Shown here one piece after another: positions 27,222 to 36,583 of a DNA stretch of 64,000 nucleotides. Source of the DNA: Flavobacteriales bacterium UBA3364 (GTDB lineage: Bacteria > Bacteroidota > Bacteroidia > Flavobacteriales_F > PHOS-HE28); the NCBI GenBank assembly GCA_002360495.1, contig DEQO01000125.1, positions 8,751-72,750 on the forward strand, given 5' to 3'. The position numbers and the translations under genes are program-made. A model generated the notes under the pieces. It ran no database searches. It had not been told where the DNA came from and worked only from the letters and a program-made list of their open reading frames with translations. The first letter of the stretch is position 1. Each line of letters begins with the position of its first letter.

Positions 27222-28918
27222 CCCTTGCGGGCGGCGGGGTCGAACCACACCCCGCGGAGATCGCGATACTCCATGCCATTGATCGGCAGGTCCCGGACCC
27301 ATGGTTGCAGCAAACGCACCGACCGTTCGTGATAGAGCGGCACTACGGCCATGTCATCCATCAGCTGTTTCTCCGCGCCTGCCAACAGGGCCATGCGCAC
27401 GGGCCTATCCGCCGTACTCAAAGCCGCAGCGTAGAGCGAATCGAAACGTGCGTTGCGGTAGCGCGTGCTGTTCAGGTAGGACGGGGTCGCTGTATCCACC
27501 GGAACGCTCTTCCCATAGAACAACGCGAGGAAGTTCTCCGGATCGGGATGGTCCACGATCCACCCCTCACGCCAGAACTGTGCACGACCCATGCGCACAC
27601 GTTCGTAATGTTGCTCGGCCGGTAGCACGGAGGTGATCACCCGCACACCGAGGTTCCGCTCCAACATGGACTGGACGATGCCGGCAACGCGCACATAGCC
27701 GAATCCGTCGTTGTTCACTTGCAGGTATGCGGTCGGCAGGCCCTTGCCGCCCGGATGGCCAGCCTCGGCCAACAGTTCGCGTGCACCATCCGGATCGTAC
27801 GTCGTAGGGGGTATGGTGTCGTACGGATAGGTGTCGAAGCCAGGGGCGACGACCCCGCGGCTCGCGGCCACCGCCAGTCCGTTGAGCACGCTGTCCACGA
27901 TCACCTGCCGGTCTATGGACATGGAGAACGCCCTGCGGACCCGGACGTCATCGAACGGAGGTTGACGCATATTGAAGCCATAGAACTGGATCGTGAGGCC
28001 CGGGATCGTCTGCACCTGGAAACCGGTGCTGCTGGTCTTCAGGAAGTCGGTGCGCTCAACTGGAAGCTCGTAGATCACACTCAGGTGGCCCTTCGCGAAT
28101 TCGTCCAACTCCTGGTTCTTGTCCTTGATGAAAGTGTACCGCATGGCATCAAGGAACGGATACGGGTTGCCCAGTTCGTCCTTCCCCCAATACACCGGAT
28201 TCCGTTCCAACACAAGTACCTCGCCCTTCGTCCAACTTTTCAGCCTGAACGGTCCTGTGCCCACCGGATGCCAGAGGGCTTCGGCTCCGTGGTGTGCCAC
28301 CAGCTCCTTCGGGAAGATCCAACATCCTTGGTGCGCCAGTACTTGCAGAAAACTGGGCCATGGAGCGGTCAGTGTGATGCGAACGGTGAACGGATCGATC
28401 GCTTCGATGCCTTTCACCCCGGGTCCTGCCTCTCCCTTTGCGGTGGCCGCATACTGGGTATTCGCCCCCAGGACACGGTCCTGGAACAACCAGAACATCT
28501 GGTTCATCTCGCTGAAGGAGCACAATGCGGTGAAGCTCTCCACAACGTCCTGCGCTGTGAACGCACGACCGGCACCGTCCGCGAAGCATGTGTCATCGTG
28601 GAACCGCACACCCTGCTGCAGCGTGAAGGTGTACACCGTCCCCGTCGGATCGATCGTCCACGAAGCCGCCAGCGAAGGCTGCAAGGAAAGATCGTTCTGA
28701 TCGAAGCGCACCAATCCTTCATAGACCTGGGCCGCTATCCGATGCGCAGCGGCCTGCTCCAGACCAAGGGGGAACAGCCCACGCAATTCCTCGGTCTCGT
28801 TCGCGTTGAAGACCCCTCCGTAGTGCTTTCCACCGGCCCCTTCACGGTCCCTGGTCCTCTCCGGCGTGGAGCATGTCGCGAACAGGACCGATAGGCACAG
28901 AACAACGAATACGCGCAT
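27215..28918 (-). CDS. ABC transporter substrate-binding protein, family 5 (peptide/nickel type), lipoprotein
   Basis: I trimmed the start to MRVFVVLCLSVLFATC. The body resembles OppA/DppA-like SBPs (e.g. VRFHDD, WGKDELGNPYPFLD). No permease or ATPase gene is adjacent. Confidence 0.88.
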   Translation of the reverse strand: MRVFVVLCLSVLFATCSTPERTRDREGAGGKHYGGVFNANETEELRGLFPLGLEQAAAHRIAAQVYEGLVRFDQNDLSLQPSLAASWTIDPTGTVYTFTLQQGVRFHDDTCFADGAGRAFTAQDVVESFTALCSFSEMNQMFWLFQDRVLGANTQYAATAKGEAGPGVKGIEAIDPFTVRITLTAPWPSFLQVLAHQGCWIFPKELVAHHGAEALWHPVGTGPFRLKSWTKGEVLVLERNPVYWGKDELGNPYPFLDAMRYTFIKDKNQELDEFAKGHLSVIYELPVERTDFLKTSSTGFQVQTIPGLTIQFYGFNMRQPPFDDVRVRRAFSMSIDRQVIVDSVLNGLAVAASRGVVAPGFDTYPYDTIPPTTYDPDGARELLAEAGHPGGKGLPTAYLQVNNDGFGYVRVAGIVQSMLERNLGVRVITSVLPAEQHYERVRMGRAQFWREGWIVDHPDPENFLALFYGKSVPVDTATPSYLNSTRYRNARFDSLYAAALSTADRPVRMALLAGAEKQLMDDMAVVPLYHERSVRLLQPWVRDLPINGMEYRDLRGVWFDPAARKGQ

Positions 28919-29132
28919 TGCGGATGGCCGGTTTTCCGGGCCGGTCAAATGTATCCGGGGGCGCAACGATCCTTCCGAGAGGTCCAATGCCGCCATCAAC
29001 AGCCCATTGGTGATAGGCCGCCTAGGAGCCGATGGGATACTTTTCGGACGAAGTCCCCGTATGCCAAACGTGTACACCGGTCGCACGACCGCTGAACTGC
29101 CCTTGCGGGGGCGTTGCGGCGGATCCCATTGG

Positions 29133-32100
29133 ATGATGGGGATGGCATTGCTGGCCCTGGCCGTTCCTTCGCGGATGATCGGTCAATCGGGCAATGCCTC
29201 CAACCTGCGCGGACATTGGATACCCCTGGTCGCGGATACCGTTACACTCGATACGCTGAGCATCGTTCCTGGAAGTGTTCACCTTTTTGCCGAGGGCCTT
29301 CCGGTACACGCCATGCAGTACGACCTTGATCCGTTCACGGCGCGCCTGATCTGGAAAGAGCGGCCGGTGGCGGATTCCGTATGGGTGCGCTACCGCGTCA
29401 TGCCGATCGCCTTCACCCGGATACACAGGAACAAAGACCCGGATAGACTGACCACACCCAGTGGCGACCGGACCGACCCGTTCAAGTATGAGCCACCGAA
29501 ACAGGAGGAGGACCTGCTCGGCACACAGGGACTGAACAAGAGCGGAAGTATTTCGCGCGGCGTGCTCTTCGGCAACAATCAGGACCTTGCGGTGAACTCC
29601 ACGCTGAACTTGGAACTCAGTGGTCGGCTCACCGACCGGATCCAGGTGTTGGCCAGCGTCACGGACAACAATATCCCGATACAGGCCGGTGGGAACACGT
29701 TGGAACTACAGGACTTCGACCAGGTCTTCATCAAGCTTTTCGAGGATGACGAGCAGAAGGGATGGTCCTTGATCGCCGGTGATTTCGTGCTGCAACGACC
29801 GAAGAGCCATTTCCTCACCTACCTGAAAAAGACCAAGGGGCTCAGCTTCGAGACGCCGATCCCCTACGGAGCGCACACCAATGGACGCATCGGGGCGAGT
29901 GTGGCCATCAGCAAGGGCAAGTTCGCACGCAATACGATCCAAGGGATAGAAGGCGTGCAAGGGCCGTACCGCTTGAAGGGGAACGACAGTGGGTCCATCA
30001 TCATCGTGCTGTCCGGTACGGAGCGCGTTTTCATCGACGGACAGTTGCTCGTGCGCGGACAGGAGAACGACTATGTGATCGACTACAACACCGCCGAGGT
30101 CACCTTCACTGCACGCAGGCTGATCACCAAGGACCGCCGCATCGCGATCGAATTCCAATACTCCGACAAGAACTATGCGCGATCCCTGGTGCGACTGGAC
30201 CACGCGCTGGAGTTCGAACACAGCACTCTTCGTTTCGATCTCTACAGCGAACAGGACCATCGCAACCAACCCCTGCAGCAACAGTTGAGCGAAGAGGAAA
30301 GGGCCGTGCTCCGAGAGGCAGGTGATGACCCGTTGGCCGCGACGGTGCCCGGCGCGGACAGCACCGGCTACGTGGATGATCAAGTGCTCTATTTCCGTTC
30401 GGATTCGCTCGGCTACGATCCGGTATTCGTTTACAACACCAACCCCGACTCCGCACTTTGGAGGGTCACCTTCACGCAGATCGGCAGCGGGCAGGGCGAT
30501 TATGTGCAGCAGGAGTTCACGCCGAACGGGCGGGTGTTCCGCTGGGTGGCACCGGACACCGTGAACGGCGTGCTGATCCACAAAGGGGACTACGCCCCCT
30601 TGCGGGTGTTGATCCCCCCGCGTAACCAGCAGCTGATCACGTTGGGGTATGACCTGCATCCCACGGACCGCACCTCGGCCACCGTGGAACTGGCGTACAG
30701 CAGACTGGACCAGAACACGTTCAGCGATCTGGACAGCAATGATGATCAAGGCCTCGGTATCATGACGCGAATGGAGCACGCCATTCCGATCGGTGAGAAG
30801 GACACCACCCTGCAACTCGTCCTTGGAGGCGAAGCCGAAGCGATCAGCAAAGACTTTCGTTTCGTGGAACGCTATAGGGCAGTGGAGTTCGACCGCAACT
30901 GGAACATCCTGGGGCTGACCTTGCCGGGCGATCAATTGTTGGCCGGAGCGAGCGTGGGCCTGCGCAGCAACCGCTTCGGCCGCATCGGCTATGGGCTCGG
31001 CACCTTCCAGATCACCGATGCGTACCGCGGATGGAAACAGGACCTGATCAGTGAAGTGCGTACGAAACGCACGGAGGTCGTGGGCACTGCAAGCTGGCTG
31101 GTAACGGCGAACCAGCGCACCACCGATTTCCTGCGCCATAAGGGTCAGGCGAGGGAACACTTCAAGGGCGTCAGCATCGGCCTGAAGGATGAACACGAAC
31201 GAAACCTCTTCCGGACGGACACCTCGGATGCCCTGATCCCAGGGAGCTACGAATTCCATGAATGGGAGGCCTTCGTCCAAAGCCCGGACACGTTCAAGAA
31301 CAAATGGCGCATCGCCGGGGGGCAACGGTGGGACAAGGCCTTACGCACAGGACTGCTGACCGAGAGCGCGCGAGCCACCTCGTACAGTTTCGGTCTGGAC
31401 CTGGCGCGTGATCCGCGGAGGCGTTTGAACACCACGTTCACCTACCGCAGACTTGACATTCCCGACAGCACGCTCACCTCACAGAAGCCGGAGAATACCT
31501 ACCTGGCACGCATCGATCACGACCTTTCAGTGCTCAAGGGTGCTGCAGTGTTCGATCTGTTCTACGAGTTCGGCTCCGGCCTGGAACAGCGGCGTGAATA
31601 CATCTATATCCTGGTGCCGGCCGGCCAAGGCCTGTACGTGTGGATCGACTACAATGGCAACGGCGTAAAGGAATTGAACGAATTCGAACTCGCCAATTTC
31701 AGCTACGAGGCCAACTACCAGCGCGTATTCGTGCCGAGCAACAATTACGTCCGGATCTTCAGCAACCAGTTCAGCACGTCGTTGGACCTGCGGCCTGCCG
31801 TGCTTTGGGCCGATGCCAAGGGTTTCAAGCAATGGCTCGGCAAGTTCTCGGACATGGCCTCGCTGCGTGTGGACCGCAAGACGGGCGCAAGCGATGTGGG
31901 AAAGGCGCTGGACCCGTTCCAACCCGATGTGAACGACTCGAGCTTGACGGCCTACTCCTCGTCCGCACGCAACACCTTCTTCTATGATCGTACCAGCCGC
32001 AAGTGGAGCGTGGACCACACCTGGCAGAACGACCGCAGCCGAAGCTTGCTCCTCAACGGATACGAATCCCGTGCGCGCCTCTTCAATACCTTGAGGATCC

Positions 32101-32600
32101 GTTGGAACACCACCCGCCAATGGACCGCGGACGTGGAAAGTGAGCGGGGACGGATAGCGAACGGCTCCGATCTTCTCGTGGGTCGCACCTATTCCATAGA
32201 CCAACAGGGCCTGAAGCCGAAGGTGACCTGGCAACCGAACACCTCCTTCCGAACGATAGCATCGTTCAAGTACACCGAAAAGACCAACAGGGATGAGTAC
32301 GGCGGGGAGCAGGCCATCCTGCAGGACCTCGGTTTCGAGATCCGCTACAATACCGCGGGCAAAGGCAGCATTCTGGCCACGGTGAACCGCGTTGCGATCG
32401 ACTACGATGGGGAGACCAATTCACCCTTGGGCAACGAAATGCTCGCTGGCCTGAAGATCGGGACCAACATGACCTGGAGCCTGAGCATCCAGCGCAACCT
32501 CAGCAACAACCTGCAGGTGGACCTCACCTACAACGGTCGCCGTTCGGATGGTATACCTGTGGTGCACGTCGGTGGTGCACAGGTGCGGGCGTTCTTCTGA
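29133..32600 (+). CDS. Large (about 1155 aa) predicted outer-membrane beta-barrel protein of unknown function
   Basis: Signal-like MMGMALLALAVPSRMIGQ, long stretches of alternating beta-strand-like sequence, and a C-terminal ...VRAFF aromatic terminus. The start is uncertain (alternative ATG at 29061). Confidence 0.8.
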   Translation: MMGMALLALAVPSRMIGQSGNASNLRGHWIPLVADTVTLDTLSIVPGSVHLFAEGLPVHAMQYDLDPFTARLIWKERPVADSVWVRYRVMPIAFTRIHRNKDPDRLTTPSGDRTDPFKYEPPKQEEDLLGTQGLNKSGSISRGVLFGNNQDLAVNSTLNLELSGRLTDRIQVLASVTDNNIPIQAGGNTLELQDFDQVFIKLFEDDEQKGWSLIAGDFVLQRPKSHFLTYLKKTKGLSFETPIPYGAHTNGRIGASVAISKGKFARNTIQGIEGVQGPYRLKGNDSGSIIIVLSGTERVFIDGQLLVRGQENDYVIDYNTAEVTFTARRLITKDRRIAIEFQYSDKNYARSLVRLDHALEFEHSTLRFDLYSEQDHRNQPLQQQLSEEERAVLREAGDDPLAATVPGADSTGYVDDQVLYFRSDSLGYDPVFVYNTNPDSALWRVTFTQIGSGQGDYVQQEFTPNGRVFRWVAPDTVNGVLIHKGDYAPLRVLIPPRNQQLITLGYDLHPTDRTSATVELAYSRLDQNTFSDLDSNDDQGLGIMTRMEHAIPIGEKDTTLQLVLGGEAEAISKDFRFVERYRAVEFDRNWNILGLTLPGDQLLAGASVGLRSNRFGRIGYGLGTFQITDAYRGWKQDLISEVRTKRTEVVGTASWLVTANQRTTDFLRHKGQAREHFKGVSIGLKDEHERNLFRTDTSDALIPGSYEFHEWEAFVQSPDTFKNKWRIAGGQRWDKALRTGLLTESARATSYSFGLDLARDPRRRLNTTFTYRRLDIPDSTLTSQKPENTYLARIDHDLSVLKGAAVFDLFYEFGSGLEQRREYIYILVPAGQGLYVWIDYNGNGVKELNEFELANFSYEANYQRVFVPSNNYVRIFSNQFSTSLDLRPAVLWADAKGFKQWLGKFSDMASLRVDRKTGASDVGKALDPFQPDVNDSSLTAYSSSARNTFFYDRTSRKWSVDHTWQNDRSRSLLLNGYESRARLFNTLRIRWNTTRQWTADVESERGRIANGSDLLVGRTYSIDQQGLKPKVTWQPNTSFRTIASFKYTEKTNRDEYGGEQAILQDLGFEIRYNTAGKGSILATVNRVAIDYDGETNSPLGNEMLAGLKIGTNMTWSLSIQRNLSNNLQVDLTYNGRRSDGIPVVHVGGAQVRAFF

Positions 32601-32664
32601 TCACCCGAAAAAAGCAAGCCCCTCCAACAAGTGCTGGAGGGGCTTGTGGGTGCTGCCGGACGGC

Positions 32665-33576
32665 CTACTTCAACTCGAACTTGGATTCGGAAACCTTCGC
32701 GCCCGACTCGTAGATCTCCACGATGTACTGGCCGGTGCGCATTTCGCCGGTCCCGTTCCAAAAGATGCAGGCATCCACTGGCTGGTTCTGATAGTTCACC
32801 TCCCGCTTCGCGCTGAACTCCCCTTCCACGCCATTGAACTGGAACCGGTTGTTCGGGTCGCTTGCCGGAAGCACCGATCCGTCGGGACTGATGACACGCA
32901 TGTAAAGGACCTTGTCCCCAGCGTCCGTAATGCTGTTCTGGCCCAAGGTGAAACAGCATTTCACCATTTCGGCCTTCTTCGCCCGGTCGGTATCCACCTG
33001 CTTGCCGTTGTTGCGCATGAACAACGCCCCGGCATTGATGGTCGTCGTATGCAGGATGGCGCCCTTGGCGATCTTTCCTTCCAGTGCGGCTTTCTCCGTG
33101 GTCAGCGCGTCCTTCTGGCCTTTCACTTCGCCCAATTCCTGGGTGATGGTGACGTTCTGCGCCTGGAGTTGCTGGTTCGCTTGGTTCAGCGAGTCGATCG
33201 TGGCCACGTAGCCCTTCATGATCTTCCGCAGTGTTTCGGCCTCTTTCTTCACCTTGGCCAGGCTGTAATTGCCACGCTTCACTTGTTCCAAAAGACCTTC
33301 GATCTGTTGGCGTTGGGCTTCCATCTCCACGGTCAACTGCTCATTGTCGGTCTTCAGTGTGTCGTACGAGGCCAGCATGTTCTCCAACATCACGGTGACA
33401 TTGTCCTTCTCACTGGTGACCGCCGCGACTTGCTGCTGGGTCTGTTCCACTTCCTTGTTGCGTTGCATCAGCATCCACAACATCACGACATTGCTCACGA
33501 GCAGGAGTACGACGAGCAGGAGCAGGCCGGTGCTGGAGCGGTTCTTCTTTTCCGTTGAGGGGGTGTTCTGGTCCAT
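32665..33576 (-). CDS. Membrane-anchored coiled-coil protein with a C-terminal beta domain (hypothetical)
   Basis: One N-terminal TM helix (GLLLLVVLLLVSNVVMLWML), then about 150 aa of coiled coil, then a globular tail. Confidence 0.8.
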   Translation of the reverse strand: MDQNTPSTEKKNRSSTGLLLLVVLLLVSNVVMLWMLMQRNKEVEQTQQQVAAVTSEKDNVTVMLENMLASYDTLKTDNEQLTVEMEAQRQQIEGLLEQVKRGNYSLAKVKKEAETLRKIMKGYVATIDSLNQANQQLQAQNVTITQELGEVKGQKDALTTEKAALEGKIAKGAILHTTTINAGALFMRNNGKQVDTDRAKKAEMVKCCFTLGQNSITDAGDKVLYMRVISPDGSVLPASDPNNRFQFNGVEGEFSAKREVNYQNQPVDACIFWNGTGEMRTGQYIVEIYESGAKVSESKFELK

Positions 33577-33662
33577 GGATGTGATCTTGCAGGATCGGTC
33601 GGCTAATTTACGGGCCCTTCCCGGGGGCCTATTGGCACAACGTTCCGCTTATCAACAAAGTA

Positions 33663-34370
33663 TTGAACCCCTCACGTTCCCCCATATCGTTGTGGGCCAG
33701 CGACTTCGCCGCCCTGTTCCTGCCACGCCGCTGTGCGGGGTGCGATGATGGGCTGATGCGGTTCGAGGAATGCCTTTGTCTGCATTGCGCACATGACCTT
33801 CCTCGTACGCGCTTCCACGACGATCCTTTGAACCGTGTCGAGCAGATCTTCCGGGGCAAGGTGGAGCTCATGGCCGCCAGCTCGTTCCTGCACTTCTCCG
33901 CGACGGGCATGGTCCAGCGGATGCTGCATCGCTTGAAGTACCACCATGACCGTCAGCTGGGCCTTTACTTGGGCAGGCTTATGGCGGAGGACCTGATGAC
34001 CAGCCCGCGATTCCAAGGTGTTGACAGCTTCCTTCCCGTACCCCTGCACCCACGCAAGGAGCACATGCGGGGGTACAACCAAAGCCAGGTGCTCGTGGAC
34101 GGTATGCGCCAATGTTGGCCCTTGCCCAGTATCGGAAAGGAACTGCTGCGTGTTGTGCGCACTCCCTCGCAAACAAGACGCAGCCGCCTGGATCGCTGGC
34201 TGAACGTGAAGGAGGCCTTCCACCTGCCGGATCCGGTAAAACTCAGTGGCAAGCACGTACTCATCGTGGACGACGTGGTCACCACCGGGGCCACCCTCGA
34301 AGGTTGCGTGAAAGCGCTGTCCGTTGTGCCCGACATCCGTATCAGCCTGTACACCGTGGCCTGCGCTTGA
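33663..34370 (+). CDS. comF: ComF family protein (phosphoribosyltransferase-like)
   Basis: N-terminal Cys pairs (CAGCD...CLHC) and the PRTase motif VLIVDDVVTTGATLE. TTG start as given in the track. Confidence 0.88.
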   Translation: MNPSRSPISLWASDFAALFLPRRCAGCDDGLMRFEECLCLHCAHDLPRTRFHDDPLNRVEQIFRGKVELMAASSFLHFSATGMVQRMLHRLKYHHDRQLGLYLGRLMAEDLMTSPRFQGVDSFLPVPLHPRKEHMRGYNQSQVLVDGMRQCWPLPSIGKELLRVVRTPSQTRRSRLDRWLNVKEAFHLPDPVKLSGKHVLIVDDVVTTGATLEGCVKALSVVPDIRISLYTVACA

Positions 34371-34381
34371 CCGACGACCGA

Positions 34382-34389
34382 TACCTTTG
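34382..34389 (+). promoter_or_regulatory. Candidate -7 box TACCTTTG
   Basis: Perfect TAnnTTTG 11 nt before the ATG at 34401. No well-spaced TTG is seen upstream. Confidence 0.35.
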
Positions 34390-34400
34390 CGGTGTTCACG

Positions 34401-34886
34401 ATGCAAGACCCGATCACCCTTCCCCGGACCAAGGACCGTGTCGCCCTTTTCACGGCGTTGATGCCCCAGGTGCGCGAACTGTTGCATGAGGAGCACGACC
34501 CGGTAGCGGCCATGGCCAATGTCACCGCCGCACTGCGCCAGACCTTCGACTGGCACTGGATCGGCTTCTACCGTGTGATGGGCGCGGAACTCGTGCTCGG
34601 ACCGTTCCAAGGTCCTGTGGCCTGCACGCGCATAGGGTTCGGCAAAGGGGTTTGCGGCACCGCATGGAAGGAAGAGCGCACGCTGATCGTTCCCGATGTG
34701 GAGGCATTTCCGGGCCACATCGCCTGCAGTCCGCTTTCACGCTCCGAGATCGTGGTCCCGATCCGCGACAGCGATGGTCGCATCGCGGCGGTGTTGGACA
34801 TAGACAGCATCCACGCTGATGATTTCAGCACGGTGGACGGCCACGCGCTGGAACTTTTGTGCGAACTGCTGCAACCGTTGTTCTGA
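34401..34886 (+). CDS. GAF domain protein (free methionine-R-sulfoxide reductase-like, YebR/MsrC type)
   Basis: WIGFYRV...LGPFQGPVACTRIGFGKGVCGTAW...GHIACSPLSRSEIVVPI. The start is at the ATG after the GTG at 34392. Confidence 0.88.
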   Translation: MQDPITLPRTKDRVALFTALMPQVRELLHEEHDPVAAMANVTAALRQTFDWHWIGFYRVMGAELVLGPFQGPVACTRIGFGKGVCGTAWKEERTLIVPDVEAFPGHIACSPLSRSEIVVPIRDSDGRIAAVLDIDSIHADDFSTVDGHALELLCELLQPLF

Positions 34887-36484
34887 TGGGCCGACGGGGC
34901 CTGTTGTGCATCGTCCTGTTGCTCCTTGGTGCATGTGCCCAGGTGCGCGAGATAACAGGCGGTGAAAAGGACAGCGTTCCGCCGGTGCTTCTTTCAGCAA
35001 AGCCGGAGAACGGGTCCGTCCATTTCAACAGCAAGGTCATCCTCCTCGAATTCGATGAGCGCATCCAATTGGACAAGGTGCGTGACCGTCTGCTGATCTC
35101 TCCGCCCCTCGAAGAGCAACCCACGGTCAAGATCGTCGGTTCGCGCGGCGTGGAGATCACGTTGAACGGCGCACTTCAGCCCAACACGACCTATACGTTC
35201 AACCTCGGGGAGTGTGTGAAGGACCTTGCCGAGGGCAACGCGGCGCCTGGTCTTTCTTACGTACTATCCACTGGCGATCAACTGGACGCTTTGCGAGTTT
35301 CCGGTGCCGTGGTGAACGCCTTCACCGGACAACCGGAAAAGGACATGCTGGTGATGCTGCATGCCGAGGGGGACACGACCTCGTTCCGCAGCGGCCGCCC
35401 GGCCTACATGACGAGGTGCGATGCCTTGGGCATCTTCTCCATCCCCAATCTTCCCGAAGGACGTTTTGACGTGTATGCGCTCCACGATAAGAACGCGAAC
35501 TACCGCTACGACCTGCCCAATGAGGAGATCGCTTTCCTGGACAGTGCTTGTGTGCTTTCCGGCATGGACAGCGTGGCCCCTATCCTATTGCTCAACTCCT
35601 TTCTTCCGACCAGTCCTTCCCAACAAGTACGTTCTTCGAAGGTCGTCCCCGATGGGGCTTTGCAACTCGTCCTAGCGCGATCGGCCGATACGTTGACCAT
35701 TCGGGATGTGGCACGCTCAGGCGGTGCGCTGGTGTGGGACCCGGAGTGGAACAGGACCCGTGATACCGTTCTGCTGTGGCCGTCGGACACCACCCTGCTC
35801 GTTGAGGGAAGCTACGCGGTCAGCGATGGTGGCCTGGCCCTGGACACCATCCGCTACCGACCTGTACAGCGCATGCCCTTCAACACAGGGCTTTCGGCCG
35901 TTCTGAAGGAGGATGGGACCGGCGCTTCGATCCGCCTGCGGGCGGCTCGTCCGATCCGTGAAGTGGACACCGCCCGTTTCGAACTGGTACGGGACAGCAT
36001 CCCGCTCAGCTTCCGAGTGGAACGGAACTCCGAAGATACCCGGACGATCCTGCTCAACGCCGATCTGCCACCGGGAAGCTCGGCCTGGTTGACGGTCCTG
36101 CCCAAAGCGGTCCGCGACATCTACGATGGCGTCAACGATACGCTGAGGGTCGCCTTGGGGCGCGCTGCGGAACAAGCCACTGGGACACTGCGGGTGAATG
36201 TGAGCGGCCTCGACAGCAACGAGCACTATCTCCTTCAATTGCTCGACGGCCAGCAACGCACAACGCAGAGCGCGCTGATCGATGTCGGCGCGCCGACGGT
36301 GCATTGGCAGCGGCTGCTTCCGGGGCGATCGACCTTGCGCTTGGTGGCCGACCACAACCGGAACGGGCACTGGGACACCGGGGAGTGGGCCTCCAGGCGC
36401 CAACCGGAACGGACGTGGTACCATCCGGAGGCCGTGAACGTGCGCGCCGCGTGGGACGTGGTCGTGGACTGGAAGCTGGACTGA
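34886..36484 (+). CDS. Ig-like (SbsA/Big_5-type) domain lipoprotein
   Basis: Start ATG overlaps the previous stop (TGATG). Lipobox LLLLGAC. The N-terminal segment reads DSVPPVLLSAKPENGSVHF...TYTFNLGECVKDLAEGN. Confidence 0.82.
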   Translation: MGRRGLLCIVLLLLGACAQVREITGGEKDSVPPVLLSAKPENGSVHFNSKVILLEFDERIQLDKVRDRLLISPPLEEQPTVKIVGSRGVEITLNGALQPNTTYTFNLGECVKDLAEGNAAPGLSYVLSTGDQLDALRVSGAVVNAFTGQPEKDMLVMLHAEGDTTSFRSGRPAYMTRCDALGIFSIPNLPEGRFDVYALHDKNANYRYDLPNEEIAFLDSACVLSGMDSVAPILLLNSFLPTSPSQQVRSSKVVPDGALQLVLARSADTLTIRDVARSGGALVWDPEWNRTRDTVLLWPSDTTLLVEGSYAVSDGGLALDTIRYRPVQRMPFNTGLSAVLKEDGTGASIRLRAARPIREVDTARFELVRDSIPLSFRVERNSEDTRTILLNADLPPGSSAWLTVLPKAVRDIYDGVNDTLRVALGRAAEQATGTLRVNVSGLDSNEHYLLQLLDGQQRTTQSALIDVGAPTVHWQRLLPGRSTLRLVADHNRNGHWDTGEWASRRQPERTWYHPEAVNVRAAWDVVVDWKLD

Positions 36485-36583
36485 CCGGCAGGTCGCCCTT
36501 ACCGCCGTCCAGGGGTGCAGCAACCTTGCCCCGGTCGCGAGCGTAGAACGGCCGCCACCACCCTTGCTCATCGGTGGTCGTTG

